NCBI GenBank assembly: GCA_028875125.1
Contig: JAPPGC010000016.1
Location: 70,167-134,166, forward strand
From: Bacteroidota bacterium
Lineage (GTDB): Bacteria > Bacteroidota > Rhodothermia > Rhodothermales > Bin80
Direction of reading: 5' to 3'
Length of the DNA stretch: 64,000 bases
Part shown: piece after piece, positions 1 through 10,604 of the stretch
How positions within the stretch are numbered: the stretch's first letter is position 1
Layout: each line of letters begins with the position of its first letter
Notes under the pieces: model-generated
The model's database searches: none
What the model was told of the DNA's origin: nothing
The model's input: only the letters and a program-made list of their open reading frames with translations
Made by a program: the position numbers and the translations under genes

Positions 1-182
1 AGTCTATTCAGGTCACAGCCAAGGTTGCGCAGTATCCGAACAGCTACGCCTTCTCCTTCGCGAATCAGCCCGAGAAGTAGATGCTCGGTGCCGATGTAGT
101 CGTGACCAAGACGAATAGCCTCATCACGACTGTATGAGATCACATCACGTACACGATTGGAAAAGTTACTGTGTCGATCCAT
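1..182 (-). CDS. clpC: ATP-dependent Clp protease ATP-binding subunit ClpC, N-terminal fragment (runs off the window)
   Basis: Not in the ORF track. Manual translation from ATG at 182 gives [55 protein letters not shown], a typical Clp_N repeat. Confidence 0.9.
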   Translation of the reverse strand, partial: MDRHSNFSNRVRDVISYSRDEAIRLGHDYIGTEHLLLGLIREGEGVAVRILRNLGCDLNR

Positions 183-193
183 TAGCGTCTGGT

Positions 194-538
194 TCAGGCT
201 GCAAAGCTGGATCCGCAACCACACGTCTGTGTGGCGTTTGGATTATTGAAAACAAAACCACGCGCATCAAGGCCTGCATGATAGTCAATCATGGTTCCTA
301 AGAGGTACAGTCCCTGTCGTTTGTCAATGTACAACACAATTCCATCAAAATTGAATGTAATATCGTGTTCACGAAGCTTGTCAAAGCCCAATATGTAACT
401 CATACCGCTACATCCTCCACCGCGAACGCCAACCCGGAGCCCATAATCTTCGGGTATTGATTTCGTGGTCAGAATTTTCTGTACCTCTTCGGCTGCACGG
501 GGACTCAGCGTTACTGGGGCAGTAGATGAATCAACCAT
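194..538 (-). CDS. HesB/IscA/ErpA-type A-carrier Fe-S assembly protein
   Basis: GGGCSG and C-terminal TCGCGSSF motifs; 114 aa. Confidence 0.95.
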   Translation of the reverse strand: MVDSSTAPVTLSPRAAEEVQKILTTKSIPEDYGLRVGVRGGGCSGMSYILGFDKLREHDITFNFDGIVLYIDKRQGLYLLGTMIDYHAGLDARGFVFNNPNATQTCGCGSSFAA

Positions 539-564
539 GGTGACTTTGGAATGGCCCGTATCGC

Positions 565-1845
565 CTATACATCTTCTGTTGAAGCCTGTTCCGTTTCAAT
601 GGAGGACGCAGACTCAGTATGGTACATCAAGACTTGGGTCATGAGACGTACTGAGTGACTTAGGGCCCGTTCGTCAACATCAAAGAGAGCATCGTGCAGT
701 GGATAGCCTGTAGATGTGTTGCCGCGCGTGCCAACACGGATTAGCATACCCGGAACAACCGTGAGGTAGTTTGCAAAATCTTCCGCTCCCATACTGGGTA
801 CGCATATATCCAGTGCAGCATCTTTGCCGAATAGATTGTGCACGCAGGTTCGAGTAATCTGGCATAGATTGGGATCGTTGATAACAGCCGGGAGTCCGCC
901 ACGATTGATTAATTCGATCTTTACGCCATGCAGTCGCGCAAAATTCTCGGCAGCGCGCTGCATGTAATTAACCAGGAAAACACGGTCGTTATCATTGAGG
1001 CTGCGCAGTGTGCCCTCGAACGACACCTTGGCGGGAATCACGTTGTGCGCCAGCCCAGCCTCGAGTACACACACAGTAAAAACTGCAGGATTTCGGGGAT
1101 CGGTTATACGCCCAATGAGTTGATAGTACTGATTCAGTAACTGTGTGGCAATCCATACAGTATCCTTTACGTTGTGTGGGCGGGCGGAGTGTCCGGTACT
1201 TGGTGCAGTGACCTCAACGCGGACTCGATCAGATGATGCCGTGACCTGTCCCTCGGGTATCCCAAATTGCCCAACATCAAGCGTTGGGTCCACATGGACG
1301 CAATAGAGAGCTTTCAAAGGGTCGCACACCCCCGCTTCAATCATGGGGATAGAACCGCTGGGATTGCCCTCCTCGTTCGGTTGAAACAAGATTCGCACAC
1401 GCCCTCTTAGGCGGTGCCGGAGTTGATGAAGGTTTAGTGCAACACCAATACCAACTGCTGTGTGTACATCATGCCCGCAGGCATGGGCAACGCCAGTGTT
1501 TCGTGAAGCGTACGCCACGTGTTTGGCGTCTTGCAGCAGTAATGCATCTAGGTCGCAACGAAAACCAATGTGTGGTCCAGGACGCTCACCGTCTATATCC
1601 ACGAACAGTCCGGTCTTTGCATGTGGTCCAGAAACCTGTAAGCCATGACTCTCCAAGTGATCACGTACTAAGCGGCTTGTTGCATATTCTTCGAAGCCGA
1701 TTTCTGGGTTACGGTGCAAATGCCGACGCAGAGCGATCAGGTATTCAACGAAATCTTCGGACAGCCGCTCATTGTCGAATGAGGCAGGAAACGAGTATGT
1801 TGCAGGTACGGCGTCAAGTGTTGACATATTTGGAGGAGTGTCCAA
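565..1845 (-). CDS. M20 family amidohydrolase
   Basis: RRHLHRNPEIGFEE, RCDLDAL, HACGHD, FQPNEE and MGAEDF motifs. Confidence 0.92.
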   Translation of the reverse strand: MDTPPNMSTLDAVPATYSFPASFDNERLSEDFVEYLIALRRHLHRNPEIGFEEYATSRLVRDHLESHGLQVSGPHAKTGLFVDIDGERPGPHIGFRCDLDALLLQDAKHVAYASRNTGVAHACGHDVHTAVGIGVALNLHQLRHRLRGRVRILFQPNEEGNPSGSIPMIEAGVCDPLKALYCVHVDPTLDVGQFGIPEGQVTASSDRVRVEVTAPSTGHSARPHNVKDTVWIATQLLNQYYQLIGRITDPRNPAVFTVCVLEAGLAHNVIPAKVSFEGTLRSLNDNDRVFLVNYMQRAAENFARLHGVKIELINRGGLPAVINDPNLCQITRTCVHNLFGKDAALDICVPSMGAEDFANYLTVVPGMLIRVGTRGNTSTGYPLHDALFDVDERALSHSVRLMTQVLMYHTESASSIETEQASTEDV

Positions 1846-2023
1846 AAACTACGTGGTTATACGCTGTCAGGGTTGCCAAGGTACTTGCGAAAATGAATGT
1901 CCATACGAAAAGTTGCTTCCCAAGAAGGATTCCCTAATTTAGCCAGCAGCAGTTTCCATAACTGGATAACAGAATTTCGGGTACAACAAATGCGATGGTG
2001 ATGATTAATTCTGAGAAAGTTAC

Positions 2024-5000
2024 TCAAAAGCTTGGCTTTAGGTACACATCAACCCGCGCCAGATTCCCTGTACGGCCAAAGAGGGCGGCACTCTCCTCGG
2101 AGGAGAGCGCGAGTTCTGGCCGCTCCTGCGCGTACTTCCCTCGAGTCTCAAGCATCTGTTTTTCAGACAGATGAAAAACAAAAGGGACCTGGCAAAAAGT
2201 AAATGCGAGCATCCCCACATTTAGTTGCAGGGACTCAAGATTGCCGTCAAGGTCATACCAGCTGAATTTTTCTCGGCTTCTGCAAAATTCCGCACTGCGG
2301 AGCAAGGCGGGGTTGATACGGAGAATTCCATTAGTGATTCGAATACCCAGCTCACCCCAGCGACAAAGAATATCTTCCTTAACCTGTCCCGTCAGCCCAG
2401 GTTGTTGTGCTCCGCCCCAACTTGGAGTATGCGAATATGGATCTTGCGGAAAAGCGCCGTACTTGATCGGTGACTGAGTTCCGCCCAGACTATCGCGGAT
2501 TTTATAGTAATGCCGGGCAAGCTCCTTTTGCACGGAAGGCGGTGCATCTGCATCCACAGCATCCCAGAAGGCACCCTGTACTGCCAGAAGCAGTTTGGAA
2601 ATAATATGCCAGTATATACAACCCAAGCCCTCGTACTTAAAGAACCGTCCGGACCGGCCCGTGAAGGATGCATGCCTAAACGTTTTTTCGTACAGTGCCA
2701 AAATGTTTGCTTTATCACGTTCAGCGGATTTAAAGCCCTCATCCCGCAGCACATCCAGCAGATTTGTTAACTCAGCAGCATTTACTAGTGATGGGTTAAA
2801 ATAGTGCTGTCCGTTGGCGGTTCGGGCGATCAGTCGATGATCGTTTTTCTTGATTAATTTTCGTACCAGGGTTAGTCGTACGATATCGTTGGGAGCGATA
2901 CGATTACGAGCGCTAAACGTAGGGAGGTTCTTGTCTGCGTAGAGGAGATAGCTGCCCAGTCGCGTACTGTACAGTGGACTTTTTTCCAAAGCGTTCAGCA
3001 GTGCCAAAGCATCCGTAGCACCAAGCATGCCGGAGGTCAAGGCTGCAATCTGCCCCTCTAACATGAGCGGCAGAGTCTCTATCTGGATAGATCCTGCAGA
3101 GGTTACATGGAGAATCGTATAGGAATGTGCAAGATGATCCTCCTGGATCGCTTGATGGAGTGTCGGGAGAATGGCTTTACTTGCAAGGCTGCAGAATTCG
3201 GCCAGAGTTGAAGCTTCAATTAGTGTCGATCCTTTCTGTATCCCGTGCGCATACAGGTTCGCACGATACCTGGAAGCTGCACGTCCCAGCCCATCCATTG
3301 AGCGGAATTGGGCCGTGGGGTCGTTAATTTCGCCACAGCCTGTCAGCTCATTTTCTACACCACTGCACCAGTCAGCCACTTCTTTGGAAACCCGGTATTG
3401 TATGCCCTCCTGTGCTTCATATAAGTGACCAAGGAACTGCAGGTATCTGTACAAATGGAACAGTGTTACTAGAGAGCATCCCCAGCCGGCAAGTGCATTA
3501 TTAGCATCATTCCATTCAGGGCGCTGCGTGTTTAGCCATATTCCCCCACCAGGCACTAGTGCGCAGAGCTTTGCCAGTGCGGGGACAAGTAATTTTTCCG
3601 CAAGCGTCACAAGAACTGGTTGATCTTCCGGGGTCTGCAGTAATCGGCCGTCGGATCCCATTTTCTCTACACGCTCGGAGATCTGTCCATGCAGATCCCA
3701 GTCAAAATGCACCGAGTTTTTCGGATCAGACAGGATCTGTTCATGTTCAGCCAATCGGTAGGGTACTTGCATATAGCTGAAGATGCGCGTATTTAGCAAC
3801 TGGGCAAGCCCGGTCGGGTCATGTGCGTATGCCCATTCCAAAAGGCAAAGCAAGTAATTGATTTGGTGATCGCCCCAGTACCCAATTGAGGCCCATGGAT
3901 CCGACTCGTCAGGCACTTCCCAGTCTACTCCGCTTCTTCCAATCCGGTAGGGATTGTATCCGTCAGCAGTAGAAGCATTGACGAAAGTTGCGATCATTGC
4001 CGGATAGTAATGGGGAAAGGACCTGCCCAGCGCCTCCCAGTTTTGAAACAAGTCACGCCAGTTTCCGGAGTAGTCCAGTGTCACGTTACCCTTCTCATCG
4101 CGTGTACGGATTTCAAATGCATTCCAGGGACGGCTGGGATCGCCGTGTCGTCTGCTGTATCCGAATGGGAGATATTCAGACAGTAGTCGGCGAAGCTGTG
4201 GATCTTCGGGCTGTGATACCTTGGTCAGATCTATGGTACGAGGCAAGTCCTCCAAATATGAGGACTCGGCAAGTGCATGATTGCGCACACGAATGAAATC
4301 AATCAAATCTTTCTTGTCGGCGAGATATCCGCGAAGCGGGGTGCCTCCCCGCATTACGTTGAATAACGTATTTGCGTAGTGTCGGGAATCATTGGATGTC
4401 AACGCGGTCTGTTGGAAGCCGTCTGCGCTCCCGATTAGAAGGCGAAGGTTTGTAGTATCCTGATGCTCTTGACGACGCAGTGCTCGTACATGCGTCGCCG
4501 AATTTTCCAGTGCCGTGTGCAGCGAGATCAAATCCCCAACATGCTGGTCCACATCCGCGATCAAGTCCCAAGAAGTAGGGCGGTCCTTGACGAGGCGAAG
4601 ACTGCGTTCGATGAAGAAAGCTCCCCGGCGCCCACGGATCCGGTGTTCTGTATTCAGTGGTTGTCCAGCCCTGTAAGCGCTCAATTGCAGTGTGGATAGC
4701 AATATGGATACTGGACGTGGGCCGTGTTGCCAGACCAGTGTGGCGGTTAAGGCTTCCTCCGGGACCGGTTGATCAACTACAAGGGTACTGAGGGAGAAAA
4801 TACCAACCTGTTTCTCCAATTCATTGATCTTGTAAGCATCAACGAGTGTGCTGCGAGAACGCTGCAGTTGTGCGCTGACACCGGGAGGCAGGATATTGCA
4901 GATCCCGTCCAGCACACTGACACGTATAGGTAAATTCCAAACGCTTTCCAGCCGAGCACGCCGTACAAACCCGAAGCCGTCAACGCATTGCCAACTGTAA

Positions 5001-5473
5001 GAGAAGCGTAGACTTAGGTCGCGGTTGAACTCCTCGAACAACAGCTTATTGCCTGTGGTGTTCTTGTAAAGGTTACGTTCGATCCGATATAACCCTGACT
5101 GTATAGGCGCGAATGGCTCCCAGAGCATCGTTCGATTGGAGCGTTCGACCCGCACGATTGTGACACTTCCTGTATGTGGGGCAGCGTCGTGAAGTTTGTC
5201 GTCGGTTACGTAGGGGAAGAGTGCGTGATCAGCGTTGCGGCGACCGGCAGTTAGTGCACCGGTGCTTGAAATAAACATCCAGTGATCTCCGACGCTGGCC
5301 AATGTCGTCAGAAAAGGGGGAAGCTGGTCGTAATTCCCAATTCGGTACCAGCGTTCACCGTAGCGCTCCACGAACCGCCCGGTACAGGGCCCACGATTTG
5401 GATATACCTTGCTCTGCCCAACGAATATGTCCTGAGGATCATTCTCCCGTAACGAGGAACGGGATGTTGGCAT
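2024..5473 (-). CDS. GH149-like beta-1,3-glucan phosphorylase
   Basis: About 1150 aa with no signal peptide. Motifs HWMFISSTGALTAGR, SRRHGDPSRPWN, GNWRDLFQNWE, DGYNPYR, QRPEWNDANNAL and FPQDPYSHTP..GAQQPGLTGQVKED match GH149 as recalled. The beta-glucanase neighbour supports the call. Start taken at ATG 5473 (ORF track 5497). Confidence 0.78.
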   Translation of the reverse strand: MPTSRSSLRENDPQDIFVGQSKVYPNRGPCTGRFVERYGERWYRIGNYDQLPPFLTTLASVGDHWMFISSTGALTAGRRNADHALFPYVTDDKLHDAAPHTGSVTIVRVERSNRTMLWEPFAPIQSGLYRIERNLYKNTTGNKLLFEEFNRDLSLRFSYSWQCVDGFGFVRRARLESVWNLPIRVSVLDGICNILPPGVSAQLQRSRSTLVDAYKINELEKQVGIFSLSTLVVDQPVPEEALTATLVWQHGPRPVSILLSTLQLSAYRAGQPLNTEHRIRGRRGAFFIERSLRLVKDRPTSWDLIADVDQHVGDLISLHTALENSATHVRALRRQEHQDTTNLRLLIGSADGFQQTALTSNDSRHYANTLFNVMRGGTPLRGYLADKKDLIDFIRVRNHALAESSYLEDLPRTIDLTKVSQPEDPQLRRLLSEYLPFGYSRRHGDPSRPWNAFEIRTRDEKGNVTLDYSGNWRDLFQNWEALGRSFPHYYPAMIATFVNASTADGYNPYRIGRSGVDWEVPDESDPWASIGYWGDHQINYLLCLLEWAYAHDPTGLAQLLNTRIFSYMQVPYRLAEHEQILSDPKNSVHFDWDLHGQISERVEKMGSDGRLLQTPEDQPVLVTLAEKLLVPALAKLCALVPGGGIWLNTQRPEWNDANNALAGWGCSLVTLFHLYRYLQFLGHLYEAQEGIQYRVSKEVADWCSGVENELTGCGEINDPTAQFRSMDGLGRAASRYRANLYAHGIQKGSTLIEASTLAEFCSLASKAILPTLHQAIQEDHLAHSYTILHVTSAGSIQIETLPLMLEGQIAALTSGMLGATDALALLNALEKSPLYSTRLGSYLLYADKNLPTFSARNRIAPNDIVRLTLVRKLIKKNDHRLIARTANGQHYFNPSLVNAAELTNLLDVLRDEGFKSAERDKANILALYEKTFRHASFTGRSGRFFKYEGLGCIYWHIISKLLLAVQGAFWDAVDADAPPSVQKELARHYYKIRDSLGGTQSPIKYGAFPQDPYSHTPSWGGAQQPGLTGQVKEDILCRWGELGIRITNGILRINPALLRSAEFCRSREKFSWYDLDGNLESLQLNVGMLAFTFCQVPFVFHLSEKQMLETRGKYAQERPELALSSEESAALFGRTGNLARVDVYLKPSF

Positions 5474-6782
5474 GCGCCGCACTTCCTTGGCCATCAATTA
5501 TGTTAACAAATAGTCGGTAGGCACCCGGTTCTGAAGGGGTCTTCAGGTTAACCTGCGCGCCATCTGCATTTGCGAACAGGCCGGGGATCGGTTCTGGCTC
5601 GACTTCGTCATCTCCACCATGGCCAACGGCTGTAGCTTCGGGGCGAACGGTCCAGTAGTAATTTAGCACATCTCCTTCGGGGTCATTCGTGACAACAATA
5701 CTGACGGCATCTGCATCGGGAGACAATTCTATGTTATCGGTGGCTCCCAGGCCATTAAGCGTGAAGGAATCAATTTGGGGGGATCGATTGGCTGGCCAGG
5801 CACCTGTCCATTTGTGGTGCATTACGTCGACCGCAGCCGTTTTGTCTCCATTTGGCATAAACATGCCATACCAAGTAGGTGTGCGTTCCTGCTTTTGTCC
5901 CCACAGAAACACATAGGAGCCAATACACTGAATGGTATCGGATGCAATCACAGCTTCGTATCGCCGATCATACCAGTCTGCTTTTATGGTAGAGTTATTT
6001 TCGATAGGTGCGCCCCAGGAGGTCGTTGCAACCTCCCAGTGTCCGGTGGCGCCCCATTCGGTCACGACATAGGGACCATTCCAATCAGCTTCTTCCAGGT
6101 AACGTGGCAGGTTGATGATATCGGCGTACATCTGAATACCCAGAAGATCTAGGTCCGGGGCACGTGTTTTGATCTGGTCGATCAGTTCAGGGCTGATACC
6201 TGCCAACATCGTTAGCGTAGGATGATTGCCATCAACTTCATGGATCATTTTAGAGATATCATTCACGGCATCCCAGACGAGTGGATTGGTGGCCCCGAGA
6301 TTCAATTCATTCCCGATTCCCCACATGAGCAGGGCGGGGTGATCCTTGTACAGCATAACCTCCTCCCGCACGGCAGTCAGTTGGGCGGCGACAGCTGCCG
6401 AATCACTATAATCAAAATCAAACACTCCCCGTCCGCTTCCTGGGCGCTCCCGTGCGATTTCGATTCCCATGGCCACCATTAGTCCGTTCGCATGCGCACG
6501 ATCCAGGACCTCCATGCCAGTATCCTGCCCATTATCCGTACGCCAGGTACGGAACGAATTACCTCCGTGTTCGGCCAGGGCTTCTACATCCCCAAACTCG
6601 AGGCCGGCCCCATTGATATAGAAAGGAGCATCATCTACATAAAGTTGGTATCGCCCTTCCTCTTGGCGAATCTCCACTTTTTTCGCCTCCTGGTTCTGGT
6701 CTGCTGTTTCTTCCTGCCCGCAACCTATCACCACGAAGAGGAGGATTACAGCGAGGATATAGTGACGTTTTCGATGGTTCAT
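5439..6782 (-). CDS. Lipoprotein glycoside hydrolase, GH-A TIM barrel (GH158/GH2-like endo-beta-1,3-glucanase) with C-terminal Ig-like domain
   Basis: Lipobox VVIGC; GNSFRTW, WGIGNEL (acid/base), TEWG (nucleophile) and QKQERTPTWYG motifs. Confidence 0.75.
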   Translation of the reverse strand: MNHRKRHYILAVILLFVVIGCGQEETADQNQEAKKVEIRQEEGRYQLYVDDAPFYINGAGLEFGDVEALAEHGGNSFRTWRTDNGQDTGMEVLDRAHANGLMVAMGIEIARERPGSGRGVFDFDYSDSAAVAAQLTAVREEVMLYKDHPALLMWGIGNELNLGATNPLVWDAVNDISKMIHEVDGNHPTLTMLAGISPELIDQIKTRAPDLDLLGIQMYADIINLPRYLEEADWNGPYVVTEWGATGHWEVATTSWGAPIENNSTIKADWYDRRYEAVIASDTIQCIGSYVFLWGQKQERTPTWYGMFMPNGDKTAAVDVMHHKWTGAWPANRSPQIDSFTLNGLGATDNIELSPDADAVSIVVTNDPEGDVLNYYWTVRPEATAVGHGGDDEVEPEPIPGLFANADGAQVNLKTPSEPGAYRLFVNIIDGQGSAAHANIPFLVTGE

Positions 6783-6890
6783 GTAGTATTGATCTGAAAA
6801 TTCTGTGTGGCCTGAATACGATCCTGCTCTGGAATTGTGCCGGATGTAGCCCAGACATAAGACGCATACGAAATGAGAGTCAAAGTCATT

Positions 6891-6904
6891 TGCAACGGTT
6901 TACG
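6891..6904. promoter_or_regulatory. Candidate LacI-family operator
   Basis: TGCAACGGTTTACG (minus strand CGTAAACCGTTGCA) lies about 110 bp upstream of the GH start and resembles LacI-type AAnCG-centred palindromes. Confidence 0.4.
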
Positions 6905-6910
6905 CAGACT

Positions 6911-8167
6911 CTACCTCGTAATTGACCTCCTCTTCGAAAGTCCATTTATCTGCGTATGTACCAGATCGTGGGTGGCCATACTCACACCAAAGGCTTTCGC
7001 CAACTCGCTCCACCACCCAAGCAAATCTCTTGTTCGTCCAAGGATTAATTCGATTTTGGCGTCATTTATCCCAGCATGCCGTCCCAGTGCTCGAAGGTGA
7101 TCAATGCTTGGCGATTTGCCCTCACCCATCACCATGGTGCTCTGCTCTCCGCCTGGGCCATATGAGAATGTTAAATCATAGGCTGGCGAGATCTTCCATG
7201 CTCCCGTTTCATCCATGAGAAATGAGAAATTCTTGGAATGATCATCTCGATTATGTGCCATGACGTTGAAGACAGCATATTGAAACATTTTCTCGGACTC
7301 CCGAACGTCGCGAGTTAGATGCAGAGTGAGTTCCAGTAGATCCTGATAATCAAGTGCTGGAATTCTATGATCCGAATGCAATAATCCACAAGGGGTGTGC
7401 ATGTGCAAGCGGTTGGCTTTATTTCGATCAAACCGCTTGATCGCAAAATATCCGGCTCCCCGTTTTGCCGGAAACAGATGCGTAGGCGGGATCATCAGCC
7501 CAGCCCGTCGAGCCATTTCTGAATACGCAAATTCCACGGCTCCCGCATCTGGGCCATCTTGTGAGTTCGCAAACTTGACAATCCATGGCTCATAGCCTTC
7601 CGGTAACACTTGGCTCCCATGAGTGATGTTGCCGGTCTCACGATTAAATCCGATCAGTACTTTTGGCCGCGCACCTGCTGACGATCCGTTTCGAGCCAGA
7701 AGTTCGTCCAAAACATCCTCGGCTCCGCCCTCTAGTACCTCCTGTGACTGCTTGGCAAGCCGGTCCAAGTCTACTCCGGTTCTCTCCGCAGCCTCGGGGT
7801 GATCCGGCTCGTAGATCAACGCCCCCATACCAGATTTACCAACATGTGCCAACCGATCAAGCGGGCTCAGACTTTTCGGCAATATGCCTCTCTTACGCAT
7901 GGCCCTGTCAAACAAAAGTCGTCCCCATCCATCGGGTAAACTATCATTGAATACACCCGGCAGACCTTCAAAAAGTCCTGTATGGAAAGTCTGCACCCCA
8001 GGTTTCAATGGCAAGCGGAAAGGAGACAGGTCGAGACCTCGACTAATAAATTCTGAATCATATTCAAAATATATTTGCCGATCTCGAAGGGCTAGATGTC
8101 CCACGAGCCCAAGGCCACCTCCAAAATCCAGTCCAACTTTTATGTGTTTTACGGGCTTGTGTATCAT
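6911..8167 (-). CDS. hipA: HipA family toxin (Ser/Thr kinase)
   Basis: N-terminal couple domain (DSLPDGWG), SSAGARPK P-loop, RFDR, HNRDDHSKNFSFL and SPAYD motifs. Confidence 0.95.
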   Translation of the reverse strand: MIHKPVKHIKVGLDFGGGLGLVGHLALRDRQIYFEYDSEFISRGLDLSPFRLPLKPGVQTFHTGLFEGLPGVFNDSLPDGWGRLLFDRAMRKRGILPKSLSPLDRLAHVGKSGMGALIYEPDHPEAAERTGVDLDRLAKQSQEVLEGGAEDVLDELLARNGSSAGARPKVLIGFNRETGNITHGSQVLPEGYEPWIVKFANSQDGPDAGAVEFAYSEMARRAGLMIPPTHLFPAKRGAGYFAIKRFDRNKANRLHMHTPCGLLHSDHRIPALDYQDLLELTLHLTRDVRESEKMFQYAVFNVMAHNRDDHSKNFSFLMDETGAWKISPAYDLTFSYGPGGEQSTMVMGEGKSPSIDHLRALGRHAGINDAKIELILGRTRDLLGWWSELAKAFGVSMATHDLVHTQINGLSKRRSITR

Positions 8168-8472
8168 GAGCGTGAACCACGTTTGCGCATGGGACGAGTC
8201 TTATTAGACAGGACATCATCAATGGAGGAGAATCTACTCTGGTTCAGTGCGCTCGCCTCCACGATTTTTCTCAGACCCCCGACAACTAGCATCAGCTTTA
8301 ACAAATTGTCTATTGATATGGCACCACTTTGCTCAAACCTTCTAAGAGTAGATAAGGCGACCCCTGAACGCTCACTAAGACCAGCTTGTGTAAGATTAAG
8401 CGCTAAGCGACGCTGTTTCATGTTCTGAGCGATCACTACCTTCGCTTTTGTAGGTGTAATTAGTGATATCAT
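8164..8472 (-). CDS. hipB: XRE-family HTH antitoxin (HipB-like)
   Basis: LTQAGLSERSGVALSTLRRFE HTH; 4-nt ATGA overlap with hipA. Confidence 0.88.
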   Translation of the reverse strand: MISLITPTKAKVVIAQNMKQRRLALNLTQAGLSERSGVALSTLRRFEQSGAISIDNLLKLMLVVGGLRKIVEASALNQSRFSSIDDVLSNKTRPMRKRGSRS

Positions 8473-8479
8473 AATATCA
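8464..8479. promoter_or_regulatory. Candidate antitoxin operator TGATAT-N4-ATATCA
   Basis: Perfect 6-bp inverted repeat overlapping the hipB start codon. A second imperfect palindrome (AAATACTAA..TTGGTATTT) lies at about 8501-8522. Confidence 0.5.
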
Positions 8480-8902
8480 GTTATACCGATTCATAGCTTA
8501 AAATACTAATATTTTGGTATTTATGAGAATTGATAAATTGATGATGTCTGCGACAGTTAAACAATATAGCTGACGTAGATTTGGGAAAGCAAAGTCTGTG
8601 ATGGTGCGTGTACTAGGTATCCTACGAAGAAGCCTGTACTACGTACTAATACGGATATCCACGATGGCCAGAGACGAATTCTACACGCTGTTACGTCATC
8701 ACTGGAAGGCCGTACTACTGCTCACAAAACCCTCGTAGATCCAGCCAGCAGTAGGCCTCTTATTTCACAAATTCACAATCGCCAACCCCGCAAAATGGGA
8801 ATGGAGATCGCCGTTATGTCGCATCGCGCGTGGCGAATGAAGACGCACAGGGCGAAAGATGACTAGAAATTTCTGTGCGATTATTGCGCAGATTCGCTCA
8901 TG

Positions 8903-10516
8903 CTATCCTGATAAAACTTTGGTCTGCGCGTCTGCTTCATTGCCCCGGGCTAAAAGAGATTCCAGTTCTTCAAGTGATCGCCCTTTCGTCTCGGGAAGAG
9001 CAATAATTACAAAAACCAAGCCCATTGCAGCCATAACACCATACAGCAGGAAGGTCAGGGCACTGCCCAGGTTCGCGAGTTCCCATGGGAAGACCAGTTG
9101 CACGGTGAAACTGACGCCCGAGTTGATCAACCCGACAAACGAAATTGCCAAAGCACGCAGACGATTCGGGAAGAGCTCTGAGAACAAAACCCACATAACC
9201 GGCCCGAGAGACACAGCGAAGGACGCGACAAACCCCAGAATACCAATCAGAATGAGAATGGGATTCATGCTGATGGCGGCCGCGATCAACTCGGATTCAA
9301 ATTGTCGCGCGGTAGCAAGCCCCAGTGCAGACTCGAGTGCCTGCTTAAAGGCAACATCAGAGTTGAAGGTTGTATCCAGGATGGGTTGTAGTGCATCCAG
9401 ACTTACTGCTGCGGGCAGGGCTGCGTCTGACGGCAATGTATACGAAGCCCCATGGAATCCGTAAGCCAAGAGTGCCATGGCAACCGTTATGCCTGTGAGT
9501 CCCACAATAAGCAAGGGCTTTCTTCCCAGTCGATCGACTAATGCAATAGCAACAATCGTAAAAACTAGATTGACCAATCCGACCAGTATGGCCTGAACAA
9601 AGGAGGCATTGGTTCCTATGCCCGATTGCTCGAAGATCATGGGAGCGTAAAAGAACACAGCATTGATTCCTGTGATTTGCTGTACAACGGCGATCACAAT
9701 GCCGATGAGCAATACAAATTTCATCGCAGGCGCGAACAGGGCTCCCAGGCCTACATTGGTCTTGGTAGCATCCGAATCCAAACTTGCCTGCACCGCACGC
9801 AGATCCGCTTCTGCTTCCTCAGCTCCGCTTGCCCGGGTCATGATAGCAAGGCCTTCGGAGATACGTCCCTTCATAACAAGCCAGCGTGGACTCTCGGGTA
9901 CGGCAAAGAGTGCACCAAAATAGAGCACTGCCGGCAGGGTCTCGAGACCAAGCATCCAGCGCCAGTTGTATGGACCAAACTTCAGTGATTCAGCCCACGC
10001 AAGGGAGCTATCGCCCAGTTCCAGAATGAGATAATTGGTGAAGAATGCGACTGAGATGCCAATGACGATATTCAACTGGTTGAAGGAGACCATACGTCCA
10101 CGCAGTGCTGGCGGAGAGATTTCCGCGATGTACATCGGAGCAATAATGAGGGATGCTCCCACGCCCAGTCCACCAACCATACGGGCGACGACTAGCAGCA
10201 TATAGTTTGGCGCCAATGCTGAACCAATAGCCGAAACAGCGTAAAGCACTGCTGCCCAATAGAGTACGGTTCGGCGACCTATACGATTACTGAGGGGGCC
10301 TGCCGCCAACATTGCTAGCGTTGAACTCAGTGTCAATGAGCTCACAGCCCACCCAAGCTGAAGATTGGATAGGTCGAATTCCACTTCAATAAAACCGACT
10401 ACTCCAGAAATAACCGAAGCATCGAAGCCCATAAGGAACCCTCCTAGTGCGACAATAAGGGCAGTCCGTGCCACATAAAGATTTTTTATCATCTCCAGAA
10501 AGTTATTGATGCACAA
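8903..10516 (-). CDS. MFS sugar porter (XylE/GalP-like)
   Basis: GGFLMGFD, IGRR, YIAEISP..LRG, PESPRWL, QQITGIN, DRLGRK and PETKG motifs. Confidence 0.95.
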   Translation of the reverse strand: MCINNFLEMIKNLYVARTALIVALGGFLMGFDASVISGVVGFIEVEFDLSNLQLGWAVSSLTLSSTLAMLAAGPLSNRIGRRTVLYWAAVLYAVSAIGSALAPNYMLLVVARMVGGLGVGASLIIAPMYIAEISPPALRGRMVSFNQLNIVIGISVAFFTNYLILELGDSSLAWAESLKFGPYNWRWMLGLETLPAVLYFGALFAVPESPRWLVMKGRISEGLAIMTRASGAEEAEADLRAVQASLDSDATKTNVGLGALFAPAMKFVLLIGIVIAVVQQITGINAVFFYAPMIFEQSGIGTNASFVQAILVGLVNLVFTIVAIALVDRLGRKPLLIVGLTGITVAMALLAYGFHGASYTLPSDAALPAAVSLDALQPILDTTFNSDVAFKQALESALGLATARQFESELIAAAISMNPILILIGILGFVASFAVSLGPVMWVLFSELFPNRLRALAISFVGLINSGVSFTVQLVFPWELANLGSALTFLLYGVMAAMGLVFVIIALPETKGRSLEELESLLARGNEADAQTKVLSG

Positions 10517-10604
10517 CGACCTCGGAATGCCAAGAACGGATCAGGTTTGGGCAAGGCAGAATAGTCAGTGTGCGATACATGCAACCCACCAAGGTACAAA
10601 AATT

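Noticed and set aside
6783-8902. Target-site duplication flanking hipBA
   Set aside because: Only loose similarity (GAAA.TTCTGTG; CGCAGA.TC) on the two sides, with no exact direct repeat.
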